Shown here piece by piece: positions 18,546 through 27,847 of a stretch of DNA of 48,180 nt. The position numbers and the translations under genes were made by a program. Origin of the DNA: Minisyncoccota bacterium. GTDB taxonomy: Bacteria; Patescibacteriota; Minisyncoccia; 2-02-FULL-40-12; GWA2-44-9. Below the pieces are notes generated by a model that made no database searches, had not been told where the DNA came from, and saw only the letters and a program-made list of their open reading frames with translations. The number at the start of each line of letters is the position of its first letter. The stretch's first letter is position 1. Where the stretch lies: the NCBI GenBank assembly GCA_030583765.1, contig CP129474.1, positions 471,168-519,347 on the forward strand, in the 5' to 3' direction.

Positions 18546-18576
18546 AGTCTCTTGATTGAAGTGCCCGTGATGCGGT

Positions 18577-20598
18577 ATGCTGTCCGCCATGGATATTCTT
18601 CAATTTTCGTTCCTGGCGTCCCTTGCGTCGCTGGGATATGGCGCCATACTCATTGCTGGCGTTTTAAAAAAGTCGGCAGGGAATGAGCGCATGCGAGATA
18701 TCGCCAATGCCATTCAAGAGGGAGCGGAGGCATATTTACGCCGCCAGAATATGACCGTTCTCGCGGTTGGGCTCGTGCTCATGCTCGTTTTAGGAACGTG
18801 GCTCGGCACCGCAATGGCCGCCTCGTTTGCGGTGGGCGCATTTGCGTCTGCACTCGCCGGCTACATTGGTATGATGGTTTCTGTACGTGCAAATGTGCGC
18901 GTTGCTGAAGAAGCTCGTCATGGAATTTCTCGGGCATTTGCTCTTGGATATAAGGGTGGGGCAGTAACCGGATTTTTCGTAGTTGGACTTGCTCTCCTCT
19001 CTTTAACGGCAGTATTTTGGGCTACGGGAAATGTAAAAGATCTCATCGGTCTCGGGTTTGGGGCGTCCCTTATTTCTGTTTTCGCACGACTTGGCGGCGG
19101 CATTTTTACAAAAGGCGCTGATGTTGGTGCGGATATTGTAGGAAAAGTTGAAGCAGGCATTCCAGAGGATGATCCGCGCAATCCAGCAGTGATCGCGGAC
19201 AACGTCGGTGACAACGTCGGTGACTGCGCTGGTATGGCTGCCGACCTTTTTGAGACCTATGTTGTCTCGGCGATCTCTGTCATGCTGTTGGCCCATCTTT
19301 TAGTGCCCGCTGCTCCGGCGCTCGTCTATGTGCCGCTTCTTATCGGCTCCGCCGCTGTTCTCGCCTCGCTTATCGGCTCCCTCTTTGTTCGCCTCTCTTC
19401 TGGAGGATCTATTATGGGTGCGTTGTACCGTGGCTTGGGCGTTGCCTCTTTGATTTCAGTGGCATTTTTCTGGTTTATCGCTCAAGGCATGGACGGCCTT
19501 TCTGAGCTCTCTTTCGCGATTGGCATGGAGGTTACCGCGCTTCAGGTGTTTTGGTGTATGGTAACAGGCATTGTGGTCACTGCGCTCATGATGATGATCA
19601 CGGAGTACTATACTTCAAAGAGCTTTTATCCTGTGCGCGCTATTGCGCACGCCTCGACAACGGGTCATGGCACGAATGTGATTATGGGTCTTGCTATGAG
19701 TAAGCAATCAACCGCGATGCCGCTCATCGTCATCGTAGCTGCTATGTATGGTGCCTATTCGCTTGCTGGTCTGTACGGTGTAGCGCTTGCAACAATGAGC
19801 ATGCTCTCTCTTGCGGGCATTGTGGTCGCTATTGATGCGTTTGGCCCTATCACCGACAATGCTGGTGGGATCGCAGAGATGGCGGAGCTTCCTGATGAGG
19901 TGCGTGACGTAACCGATCCGTTGGATGCTGTTGGCAACACTACTAAGGCGGTGACGAAAGGGTACGCGATTGCATCTGCTGGGCTTGCGGCAATTGTGTT
20001 GTTCGCTGCGTATACTCAAGAGCTTGCCGAGTTTGGACGCATTGTGCAGTTTGATCTATCCGATATCCGCGTGCTTGTCGGGCTCTTTATCGGAGGCATG
20101 ATGCCGTACTTGTTTGGCTCTATGGCCATGCAGTCTGTGAGTCGTGCGGGCTCTGCTATCGTTGATGAAGTGCGTCGTCAGTTCCGGGAAATCCCTGGTA
20201 TTATGGATCGCACCGCGATTCCAGAATATGGTGCTGCGGTAGACATCGTCACTCGTGCGGCAATCCGTGAAATGACACTCCCAGCACTTGTGCCCATAGT
20301 ATTTCCTATTGTGGTCGGCTTCACATTGGGTGCAGAGGCGCTCGGCGGTCTTCTCGTGGGCGTGATTATCACGGGCTTATTTGTTGCCATCTCAATGACT
20401 TCAGGCGGGGGCGCTTGGGATAACGCGAAGAAGTTTATTGAAGAAGGCAACCACGGTGGCAAGGGATCGGATGCCCACAAGGCAGCGGTCACGGGTGATA
20501 CGGTAGGAGATCCGTACAAAGATACCGCGGGCCCTGCGATCAACCCAATGATCAAGGTGGCAAACATCGTTGCTCTGCTCATTGCTCGGTTTATCTAA
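18577..20598 (+). CDS. hppA: Membrane-bound H+(or Na+)-translocating pyrophosphatase
   Basis: [31 protein letters not shown] and [18 protein letters not shown] motifs. About 16 TM segments. Confidence 0.93.
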   Translation: MLSAMDILQFSFLASLASLGYGAILIAGVLKKSAGNERMRDIANAIQEGAEAYLRRQNMTVLAVGLVLMLVLGTWLGTAMAASFAVGAFASALAGYIGMMVSVRANVRVAEEARHGISRAFALGYKGGAVTGFFVVGLALLSLTAVFWATGNVKDLIGLGFGASLISVFARLGGGIFTKGADVGADIVGKVEAGIPEDDPRNPAVIADNVGDNVGDCAGMAADLFETYVVSAISVMLLAHLLVPAAPALVYVPLLIGSAAVLASLIGSLFVRLSSGGSIMGALYRGLGVASLISVAFFWFIAQGMDGLSELSFAIGMEVTALQVFWCMVTGIVVTALMMMITEYYTSKSFYPVRAIAHASTTGHGTNVIMGLAMSKQSTAMPLIVIVAAMYGAYSLAGLYGVALATMSMLSLAGIVVAIDAFGPITDNAGGIAEMAELPDEVRDVTDPLDAVGNTTKAVTKGYAIASAGLAAIVLFAAYTQELAEFGRIVQFDLSDIRVLVGLFIGGMMPYLFGSMAMQSVSRAGSAIVDEVRRQFREIPGIMDRTAIPEYGAAVDIVTRAAIREMTLPALVPIVFPIVVGFTLGAEALGGLLVGVIITGLFVAISMTSGGGAWDNAKKFIEEGNHGGKGSDAHKAAVTGDTVGDPYKDTAGPAINPMIKVANIVALLIARFI

Positions 20599-20721
20599 AA
20601 TAAAAAGTGGCTACCCTCAGCATGGCTGTGGATAACCACATTTTTCGACCGCCTGCGGCGGAACTCAAGGATCAAGAAACCAACAGATCCAAGGGTTCAA
20701 GACCGCAAGGGTCGATTACTG

Positions 20722-21618
20722 CTACACGAAGCCCGAGACGGAACCGTAGTAGCCGTGCGCATAGTCGAACCAGTACGTGCCGAACTTGGCCTCGCCGTCG
20801 CTGAAGTAGAAGACCGGCGCGTGCGAGAAGCGGCCATCGCCGTCGGGATCGTCGAACTCGTCACCCGAGCAGTCCATGTCCAGCTCCTCCCAGCGAACGA
20901 GTCGCTCGGGGTGAACCAGCACGATGGAACCGACCGCGAGGCTGGTCAGACCGAACTCGTTCTGCACAAAGACCTCGCGCGCCCGGCGAACCGAACGACC
21001 GCGATGCCGAAGCCCCAGCTGTGCTGCGATGATCAGGATGTCGCCCGGCTGCTTCTCCGCGACGAGATCGAGCGCATGCGCCGTGCGAGCCGAAACTCGC
21101 AACTGCGCCGGCGTGATCTGGCCGTCACGGTAGTTGTAGAACGAACGCGACTCCCCGATCTTCGTGTGCACGAGCTGAACGGCCCGGCAGTACTTGTCGG
21201 CGGGATCGGTCACCTCCGGGAAGTACTTCACGGCGATGGCGTCCACCGAGGGAACCGCGAACCATCCTTCGGCTCCTTCGGGGAGCGCGGGCAGGTTCTT
21301 GGCGTACTCGAGCGCCTGGGTCGGATCGAGACCGAAGATCGTGGCGACTGCCTTGATCTGGTCGACGATCGGCTTCGGGCCCTTGTACTCCTTCGGGTAC
21401 GTGTAGCTGGAACGGACTTCCTCGTCGGCGTACCGATCGGACTGGGACAGCTCGGCGATGAGCTTGGCAATCCCGTCCTGCAGTTCGCCGCCGCGCTCGT
21501 TGAGCCGCTGTGCGCGGGAGTCATCGAGCTTGGACTTGTTGTACGCGGCCTCGAAGAGACCGGTTGCGTGGAGACCTTTCGGGTCTCTGCTGGTGATCAA
21601 TGTCTGTGACATCGTCAT
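20722..21618 (-). CDS. DGR target (variable) protein, no signal peptide, VR at the C-terminus
   Basis: 298-aa GC-rich ORF (about 60-65% GC in sampled lines). The last 42 codons are the VR. The SD AGGAGG abuts the first ATG, so the real start is probably M3 at 21612. Confidence 0.85.
   Translation of the reverse strand: MTMSQTLITSRDPKGLHATGLFEAAYNKSKLDDSRAQRLNERGGELQDGIAKLIAELSQSDRYADEEVRSSYTYPKEYKGPKPIVDQIKAVATIFGLDPTQALEYAKNLPALPEGAEGWFAVPSVDAIAVKYFPEVTDPADKYCRAVQLVHTKIGESRSFYNYRDGQITPAQLRVSARTAHALDLVAEKQPGDILIIAAQLGLRHRGRSVRRAREVFVQNEFGLTSLAVGSIVLVHPERLVRWEELDMDCSGDEFDDPDGDGRFSHAPVFYFSDGEAKFGTYWFDYAHGYYGSVSGFV
20724..20849 (-). repeat. DGR variable repeat (VR), 126 nt
   Basis: The reverse complement aligns with TR 22080-22205. 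There are 12 mismatches, all at TR adenines. It ends at the T of the target stop codon. Confidence 0.9.
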
Positions 21619-22079
21619 CCTCCTTCTTCGTTGAATTACCCGAACCGCTCGGGCGAGCGTCTTGCCTCAACATGAGACGAGCACGATAGGTACAAGAGGT
21701 CTTTTACCCATTGTGCTCGGCTCAAATAAGGCCTTTTCAAAGAACTAACTTTGACGCTTAAGTATAGCAAAAATAAGCGGTTTTGTCAAGAATGGAACCT
21801 GTCCCCTTCTATGCTGTATAATATGCTTGAGCTTAGGCTAATGTACAGCCGTCCACGGATTGCTGTCGCCGAACTCTATCATTTCAACGATAACAACCAG
21901 AGTCCCGGAGACTACGGTTTCCGCGAGCGTGTTGTGTTGAGGAGATACTGCTTGCTTTCGCCTAGTGCAGGTTCCTTACCGGATGCTGCCGAATTAAATT
22001 CAGGACTGAGAGAATATAGGTCTGTTTCCAACAGGCAGTAAATCTCAAGGTTCGGTGCCACGGATGGGTGGAAGCAATT

Positions 22080-22205
22080 ATCCCGACGACGATGACCGCT
22101 TCTCGCACGCGCCGATCTTCAACTTCAACGACGGCAAGGCCAAGTTCGACACGAACTGGTTCGACAATGCGAACGACAACTACGGTTCCGTCTCGGGCTT
22201 CGTGT
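22080..22205 (+). repeat. DGR template repeat (TR), 126 nt
   Basis: It has adenines at all 12 positions that differ from VR, is rich in AAC/GAC codons, and is not part of a credible gene. Confidence 0.9.
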
Positions 22206-22223
22206 CGAAGTCTCTCCAAGACA

Positions 22224-22252
22224 GAAAGGGTATCCATTTTGGATACCCTTTC
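22224..22252. terminator. 13-bp hairpin between TR and the avd 3' end (terminator-like on the + strand)
   Basis: gaaagggtatcca-ttt-tggataccctttc is followed on the + strand by T-rich gtttattcggctttgatt. It lies 19 nt after the TR and 3 nt from the avd stop. Confidence 0.6.
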
Positions 22253-22254
22253 GT

Positions 22255-22605
22255 TTATTCGGCTTTGATTGAGCGTATCCACCCGCCCAACATTCGGCCT
22301 ATCTCATCTATTGGTGCTTCAAGCGCAATGTACTTCTTATTGTCTATGGTTTTCACATCCTTCATGAGTCGGATAAACATGCGAAGCATATTGAGTTTGA
22401 GGCTGGCACGTTCAAGTGTTGGGAGTTTTTTCTCCCGGTGCTCTCCGCTCGCCTGCATGATTGCTTCCAACACATCGAGTATCGCGCACTCGCATCGTTC
22501 GAAGACCGTGAAGCGATCTTGTTTGGGTACGAGTTTCCGGTACTGATTGAAGGTTTTGTACAAGTCGTAAGACTTTTTGAAGATTGGTATATCGAATTCG
22601 TTCAT
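22255..22605 (-). CDS. avd: DGR accessory variability determinant (Avd-like four-helix-bundle protein)
   Basis: 116 aa. IPIFKKSYDLYKTFNQYRKLVPKQDRFTVFERCECAILDVLEAIMQA matches the S23-IVS/four-helix-bundle pattern of Avd proteins. Confidence 0.8.
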   Translation of the reverse strand: MNEFDIPIFKKSYDLYKTFNQYRKLVPKQDRFTVFERCECAILDVLEAIMQASGEHREKKLPTLERASLKLNMLRMFIRLMKDVKTIDNKKYIALEAPIDEIGRMLGGWIRSIKAE

Positions 22606-22609
22606 AGTT

Positions 22610-23659
22610 ATGAAGGTTTATAAGAATCTATTTCAACAAATCGTCTCGCTAGAAAACCTATTCACGGCATGGGAAGAATTTCGAGCTGATAAGCGGCACA
22701 AAGAAGATGTCCAGGAGCTTGAATTTAATGTGGAGCAAAATCTTTTTGCGCTTTATCGAGAGCTGGTCTCGAAAAAGTACACTCACAAGCCGTATTTTGG
22801 CTTCTATATTCGTGACCCTAAGGTGCGACATATCCATAAGGCCACGGCCCGGGATCGGGTTTTGCATCATGCGGTGTTCCGCATTTTGAACCCGCTTTTC
22901 GACAGGACTTTTATCCCCACTTCCTTTTCTTGTCGGGTTGGTAAGGGATCGCATAAAGGAGTTATGGCATTGGAACAAATGATTAGGGCTGAGAGCAGGA
23001 ATTTCACTCGGCCGTGTTTTGTCCTGAAGTGCGACGTGCAAAAGTTTTTTGATTCGATTGATCACCAAACCCTTCTGGCCATTCTTCGTAAAAAAATAGC
23101 CGACATGGACACCATGTGGCTGATGGAAAGAATTATTGAAAGCTTTTCGACCGGACGGACTACCTTGTTCGACCGCCAAGGTGTGCCGATTGGCAATCTC
23201 ACCTCCCAGCTCTTCGCCAACGTGTACATGAATGAGTTTGATCAGTTCGTCAAACAACAATTGCGAATCAAACACTATGCCCGCTACACGGATGATTTCG
23301 TGATCGTCTCCACCGATAAAAAAGAGCTGACGAATTTGCTTGATCCTATACAGCAATTTCTCGGTGGCTGTCTGAAGCTGAAACTCCACCCCAAGAAAAT
23401 ATCTATTCGCCCCTGTCATCAAGGCATCGATTTTCTTGGTTATGTGGCCTTGCCTTACCATCGGCTGATGCGCCCCAAAACAAGGCGTCGAGTATTCCGC
23501 AAATTGAGAATACGGATTTCCCAATACCGGGCCGGAGCGATCAGCGAGGACGCTCTTTCCCAGTCTCTGCAATCTTATTTGGGTGTGCTCTCTCATGCGA
23601 ATACTCATCAACTGAGCGAGAACCTAAAGAACCAGTTTTGGTTTTGGCTGCATATGTAA
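22610..23659 (+). CDS. DGR reverse transcriptase
   Basis: FDSIDH (motif 3), PIGNLTSQLFANVYMNEFD (the DGR-diagnostic SQ motif) and YTDDFVIV (YxDD). An alternative TTG start lies at 22577. Confidence 0.9.
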   Translation: MKVYKNLFQQIVSLENLFTAWEEFRADKRHKEDVQELEFNVEQNLFALYRELVSKKYTHKPYFGFYIRDPKVRHIHKATARDRVLHHAVFRILNPLFDRTFIPTSFSCRVGKGSHKGVMALEQMIRAESRNFTRPCFVLKCDVQKFFDSIDHQTLLAILRKKIADMDTMWLMERIIESFSTGRTTLFDRQGVPIGNLTSQLFANVYMNEFDQFVKQQLRIKHYARYTDDFVIVSTDKKELTNLLDPIQQFLGGCLKLKLHPKKISIRPCHQGIDFLGYVALPYHRLMRPKTRRRVFRKLRIRISQYRAGAISEDALSQSLQSYLGVLSHANTHQLSENLKNQFWFWLHM

Positions 23660-23709
23660 CATTCTCCACACTCATTCCGTGCTCTTAGTGGTACAATGAA
23701 AGCATCTTT

Positions 23710-24441
23710 ATGCCTGACCTCGCGAAAGTGCGAGACATCATGACGACCAAAGTATTGACGGTCGGCTCTGATGACACGCTCGAAGTTGCTACAAAATTAT
23801 TCGAACAGTATGACTATGACGGTATTCCTGTCATAGATAACCAACGCAAACTCGTTGGTATTATCACTGCATATGACATGGTCGTGCAGAGCTCAGGTAT
23901 GCACTTGCCGACCCTTATGGAAATTATGCGCCAGATGTCAGCGAATAAGGCGGATAAAAAGGACATCGATGAACACTTTACTAAATTGCGGCAGATAAAA
24001 ATAAAAGAGGTGATGAATACGCAGCCCTTAGTGGTGGGGCCTGACCTGAGTATCGAAGAGCTCGCTCGCGTGTTTGCAGAGCATCACCGAGTAAATCCTA
24101 TTCCCGTCGTTGATGATCAAGGCATTCTCGTCGGTCTTTTAAGTCGCTACGATATCATTAGGTTTTTCAACGAACGTTATTTCCAACAAGTAGTGGGCGA
24201 GGTGAGCACGGTGCGTGGCGGAAAGGGAGCCCCGGAGGCTATCAACGCGACAGTTCAAGACATCTCGAAGGAGTTTCTCATTGTGAATCGTCGCCGGCCC
24301 CGTATTTGGAAATATGCGGCAATTGGAGCTTTTATTGCTGGACTTGTGGTGGCGACCGCTATGATTATTCGGATCGTGCGGGACGAAGAAACCGTATTCA
24401 TGCCCCGTACCATTGCGGTTGTGATATCAACATTACGCTAA
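23710..24441 (+). CDS. CBS-pair domain protein with C-terminal TM anchor
   Basis: Two CBS repeats (IMTTKVLTV...GIPVIDNQRKLVGIIT and VMNTQPLVV...PIPVVDDQGILVGLLS), then a hydrophobic helix. Confidence 0.75.
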   Translation: MPDLAKVRDIMTTKVLTVGSDDTLEVATKLFEQYDYDGIPVIDNQRKLVGIITAYDMVVQSSGMHLPTLMEIMRQMSANKADKKDIDEHFTKLRQIKIKEVMNTQPLVVGPDLSIEELARVFAEHHRVNPIPVVDDQGILVGLLSRYDIIRFFNERYFQQVVGEVSTVRGGKGAPEAINATVQDISKEFLIVNRRRPRIWKYAAIGAFIAGLVVATAMIIRIVRDEETVFMPRTIAVVISTLR

Positions 24442-24502
24442 CGTTATTTTATACACAAACGCTATACTACAAGCGTGAGATACATCAGAAAGGGGGTGCG
24501 AA

Positions 24503-25183
24503 ATGATTGAAACATCAGCTCCGGATATTGTCCGAGCATCGCTTCTGACGCTCTGGTCGGGTGTGGCCGGTTTTACGCCGCGCCTTATCGCCGCCATTAT
24601 CGTGTTCGTTGTTGGGTGGCTCGTCGCATCACTTCTTGGTAAGGTGGCGTTCCACATTGTACGCGTGTTGCATCTCGATGCAGCGCTCTCCCGCGTTGGA
24701 TTCCGTCAAGCATGGGAGCGAAGCGGTTTTCGCCTCAATAGTCCGGTATTTTTTTCTGATCTTGTCCGCTGGTTCTTTGTTGTCGTGTTTCTTATGGCGT
24801 CAACGAACATCCTGGGCCTTGATCAGGTGAGCCGATTCCTTGAGACTGTCGTTCTCTACATACCAAACGTTATCGTAGCGACGGTCATTCTCTTGATCGG
24901 TATCTTGGTTGCAAAGTTCTTGGAGAATGCGGTTCGTGCATCCGTGCGTGCAGCGGGGCTCGCATCCGGGAATTTCCTTGGTTCGCTAACAAAGTGGGCG
25001 GTATTCACGTTCTCTCTCCTTATTGCGCTAGTGCAATTGCGAGTAGCAGAAGATATTATCCGCATTGTTATTATTGGCCTTGTGGCAGCAGTGTCACTGG
25101 CGATCGGGTTATCCTTTGGTCTTGGTGGCGTCAAGCATGCTGAAGAGATGGTGGCATCGCTTCGTCGACGCATTGAGGACTAG
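24503..25183 (+). CDS. Membrane protein with conserved-TM-helix repeats (MscS-related N-terminal type)
   Basis: Four or five TM segments with repeated IxxIIVxxVGxLVA-like helices. Family call is tentative. Confidence 0.5.
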   Translation: MIETSAPDIVRASLLTLWSGVAGFTPRLIAAIIVFVVGWLVASLLGKVAFHIVRVLHLDAALSRVGFRQAWERSGFRLNSPVFFSDLVRWFFVVVFLMASTNILGLDQVSRFLETVVLYIPNVIVATVILLIGILVAKFLENAVRASVRAAGLASGNFLGSLTKWAVFTFSLLIALVQLRVAEDIIRIVIIGLVAAVSLAIGLSFGLGGVKHAEEMVASLRRRIED

Positions 25184-25194
25184 CGTCCGAACGC

Positions 25195-25230
25195 ATAACA
25201 AAGAGCGCCCATATGGGCGCTCTTTGTTAT
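25195..25230. terminator. Bidirectional terminator between convergent genes
   Basis: ataacaaagagcgccc-atat-gggcgctctttgttat forms a 16-bp stem. It overlaps the pth stop codon. Confidence 0.75.
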
Positions 25231-25814
25231 CGGACGGCAAGTGGGGTTGATGCTAATTTTTTCCAAATACTTGCGTGTACGTGAGTGAGCTTCGTGCGTT
25301 CTGTGGGTGAGAATTTTTTTAGTACAAATGTTTTGATCGCCTCATCTTTTACGCGAGCGGTTTGTGAGTGGGCTTTTACAACGGCACGCGTGGCTGTACC
25401 AACGCGTACTCTCCAAAACTTCTTGGTCTTCAGAGCGCGCATAACACTCTCTACGCCTTTATGACCTCCCGAGTTCTTATCAAATGAGACCTTGCCACCA
25501 CCAAAGGGAATATCGAGGTCATCGTGTGCGATAAGGATGTGCTCTGGCTTGATGCGGAGTCGTTCGGCAATGGCCTTCACAGGTTTTCCGCTCTCATTCA
25601 TAAAGCATGTTGGGAGAAAAAAGTGTGCCTTGTAGCGGGCAGATCCAATGGTGAGTGTCCCTGTTGCTTCCATGCCCTGAGGCCCCTCTTCCCACGCCGA
25701 AGCGCCCTCGTGGCGCGCAAGCCATCGCGTCCACAGCTCTCCTGCATTATGGCGCGTGTTGGCATATTCTTCGTCAGCATTCCTGAGTCCTATGACAAGC
25801 AGTGTGGGTATCAT
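25227..25814 (-). CDS. pth: Peptidyl-tRNA hydrolase
   Basis: YANTRHNAG, HDDLDIPFG and GGHKGVESV motifs. Confidence 0.9.
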   Translation of the reverse strand: MIPTLLVIGLRNADEEYANTRHNAGELWTRWLARHEGASAWEEGPQGMEATGTLTIGSARYKAHFFLPTCFMNESGKPVKAIAERLRIKPEHILIAHDDLDIPFGGGKVSFDKNSGGHKGVESVMRALKTKKFWRVRVGTATRAVVKAHSQTARVKDEAIKTFVLKKFSPTERTKLTHVHASIWKKLASTPLAVR

Positions 25815-25889
25815 AGGAGCAAGTATACTGCCTTCCTCACGACTGTCTATCCTTTTCTAGGCTTCGTTGGCGTGGTATACTTGTTTCGC

Positions 25890-26531
25890 ATGAATGAACA
25901 ACGTCCTCCTCTTTCTGGGCACGGCGTGACGGATGGCGTAGGCGGAGAGGTTCTCGCCTTTATTTGGGAGACTGCCAAGATCGTTTTGATCTCTCTTGCC
26001 ATAATCGTCCCGATTCGGTATTATCTTGTCCAGCCGTTTTTTGTAAAAGGGGAGTCAATGCTCCCTAATTTCGAGGATAAAGACTACATTATCGTTGATA
26101 AACTCTCGTATCGGTTCAGCGAGCCGCGGCGGGGTGATGTGGTGATATTCCGTTATCCTCGTGACCCACAAGAGTACTTTATCAAGCGGATTATTGCCCT
26201 CCCAGGCGAAACCATCCTTATCCATAAGGGGCGCATCATTATCTACAATGAGCTTTTCCCTAATGGTGGTGAGCTGGACGAATCCTTGTATTTGCCGAAA
26301 GGCGTTGAGACGCAACTCTGTTCTATACAGATGCCATACCGCCTTGATCAAAACGAGTACTTCGTGATTGGCGATAATCGAGATCACAGCTCGGACTCAC
26401 GGTGTTGGGGACCTGTAAATGAGTCATTTGTTTCCGGCCGCGCATGGCTGCGCCTCTGGCCCCTTGATCAGACATTCTTCATTGAAAGATTGAATCCGTT
26501 CGTAGAACGCTTAACCGAGCCACTCCGTTAG
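25890..26531 (+). CDS. lepB: Signal peptidase I
   Basis: GESMLPNF (catalytic Ser), GDVVIFRYP, IKRIIALPGE (catalytic Lys) and GDNRDHSSDSR. The start is trimmed to ATG 25890, since the longer ORF overlaps pth. Confidence 0.9.
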   Translation: MNEQRPPLSGHGVTDGVGGEVLAFIWETAKIVLISLAIIVPIRYYLVQPFFVKGESMLPNFEDKDYIIVDKLSYRFSEPRRGDVVIFRYPRDPQEYFIKRIIALPGETILIHKGRIIIYNELFPNGGELDESLYLPKGVETQLCSIQMPYRLDQNEYFVIGDNRDHSSDSRCWGPVNESFVSGRAWLRLWPLDQTFFIERLNPFVERLTEPLR

Positions 26532-26546
26532 TCTTTCTTGCACCAT

Positions 26547-27845
26547 ATGACCAAACCTAAAAAGGCGAAATCCTACCAAGCGCCGCGGGGAATGCACGAC
26601 ATTCTTCCAGAAGATCAAAAGTACTGGCGCTATCTTCAGAAGAAGGCCGAGTCGCTCCTTGAGGACTACGGCTTTGATCGCATTGATACTCCTATATTGG
26701 AAGACGTCGATGTCTTTTTAAAGGGCGTTGGTGATGCGACCGATATCGTTTCTAAAGAGCTCTATACGTTGAGTACAAAAGGTGGAGATCGTTTTGCTCT
26801 GCGCCCTGAGGGGACCGCATCTATTGCGCGCGCATACATTGAGCACGGTATGCACGTGCGTCCACATCCATTAAAGCTCTACTACTGGGGAGCTATGTTT
26901 CGCCACGATCAACCGCAGCGCGGTCGCTACCGTCAGTTCTTTCAGTTTGGCCTTGAAACCATTGGTGACGCGTCCGAAGCGGTCGACGCGGAGCTTATTT
27001 TTGTAGGATGGCGCTTTTTGGAGAGCATTGGCCTGAAGGGAATAAACGTACACATCAACACAATCGGAGACCAGAACTGCCGTCCCGCATATATTCGCGC
27101 CCTCCGCGATTTTTATAAGGCGCGCACGAAGAAAATTTGTGATTCATGCAAAGAGCGCGTGAAAGAAAACGTATTGCGCGTGCTCGATTGTAAGGAGCAG
27201 GGCTGTCGGGCGGTGATGCAGGAGGCTCCGCAGATCATGGATTTTCTTGATGCTGAGTGTAAGAACCACTTCCGTCGCGTGATGGAATTCTTGGATGCGG
27301 CTAATGTGCCCTACGTACTCAATCCGTATCTTGTACGCGGCTTAGACTACTATACGCGCACCGTGTTTGAGTTTGTCCCCGAGGATCGTGCTGATGGTGC
27401 GCCAGCACTGAGTGTCGGCGGTGGAGGGCGCTACGATCGTCTTATGGAACTTTTGGGCGGTTCAAAAACTCCCGCCGCTGGTCTCGCGCTTGGCCTCGAT
27501 CGCATCGTCGCAGAATTAAAAGAGCGCGAAGTGAGCGTCCCTGACGCTGTGCCAAAGCCGAAAGTGTTTCTCGTACAGCTCGGCGATGCGGCAAAGCGAA
27601 AGAGCCTCCCTTTATTTGAAGAGATTCGTCGCGCGGGTATTCGCATCAAATCTTCGCTTGGACGTGATAGTGTTAAAGCGCAATTGCGCATCGCGCACCG
27701 TCTGGGAGTAAAGTACGCACTCATTTTCGGACAGAAAGAAGCGCTCGATGGCACTGTAATCGTGCGCGAGATGGAGACGGGCGTACAGGAGAATATCCCA
27801 TTGGAAAAAATCGTCGACGAGCTTAAGAAGCGTTTGCGCGAATAA
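26547..27845 (+). CDS. hisS: Histidyl-tRNA synthetase
   Basis: PRGMHDILP, FALRPEGT, YRQFFQFGLE and GGGRYD motifs. Confidence 0.93.
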   Translation: MTKPKKAKSYQAPRGMHDILPEDQKYWRYLQKKAESLLEDYGFDRIDTPILEDVDVFLKGVGDATDIVSKELYTLSTKGGDRFALRPEGTASIARAYIEHGMHVRPHPLKLYYWGAMFRHDQPQRGRYRQFFQFGLETIGDASEAVDAELIFVGWRFLESIGLKGINVHINTIGDQNCRPAYIRALRDFYKARTKKICDSCKERVKENVLRVLDCKEQGCRAVMQEAPQIMDFLDAECKNHFRRVMEFLDAANVPYVLNPYLVRGLDYYTRTVFEFVPEDRADGAPALSVGGGGRYDRLMELLGGSKTPAAGLALGLDRIVAELKEREVSVPDAVPKPKVFLVQLGDAAKRKSLPLFEEIRRAGIRIKSSLGRDSVKAQLRIAHRLGVKYALIFGQKEALDGTVIVREMETGVQENIPLEKIVDELKKRLRE

Positions 27846-27847
27846 AT

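Larger units (their letters stand above)
20722..23659. mobile_element. Diversity-generating retroelement (target gene, VR, TR, avd, RT)
   Basis: A TR/VR pair with adenine-only mismatches, a DGR-type RT and an Avd-like four-helix-bundle gene. See the component features. Confidence 0.9.

Noticed and set aside
20755-21609. 284-aa + strand ORF overlapping the DGR target
   Set aside because: It is an antisense shadow in a GC-rich gene. The minus-strand frame carries the VR in frame, ends at the VR end and has an AGGAGG SD.
21751-22041. 96-aa ORF in the DGR leader
   Set aside because: It has a non-ATG start, no SD and an odd composition. I treat the region as non-coding, but this should be tested for conservation.
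22055-22546. 163-aa + strand ORF containing the TR
   Set aside because: Its N-terminus is just the TR read in the VR-like frame and the rest is antisense to avd. TRs are normally non-coding.
22658-23611. 317-aa minus-strand ORF
   Set aside because: It is an antisense shadow of the reverse transcriptase gene, whose + frame carries all the RT motifs.
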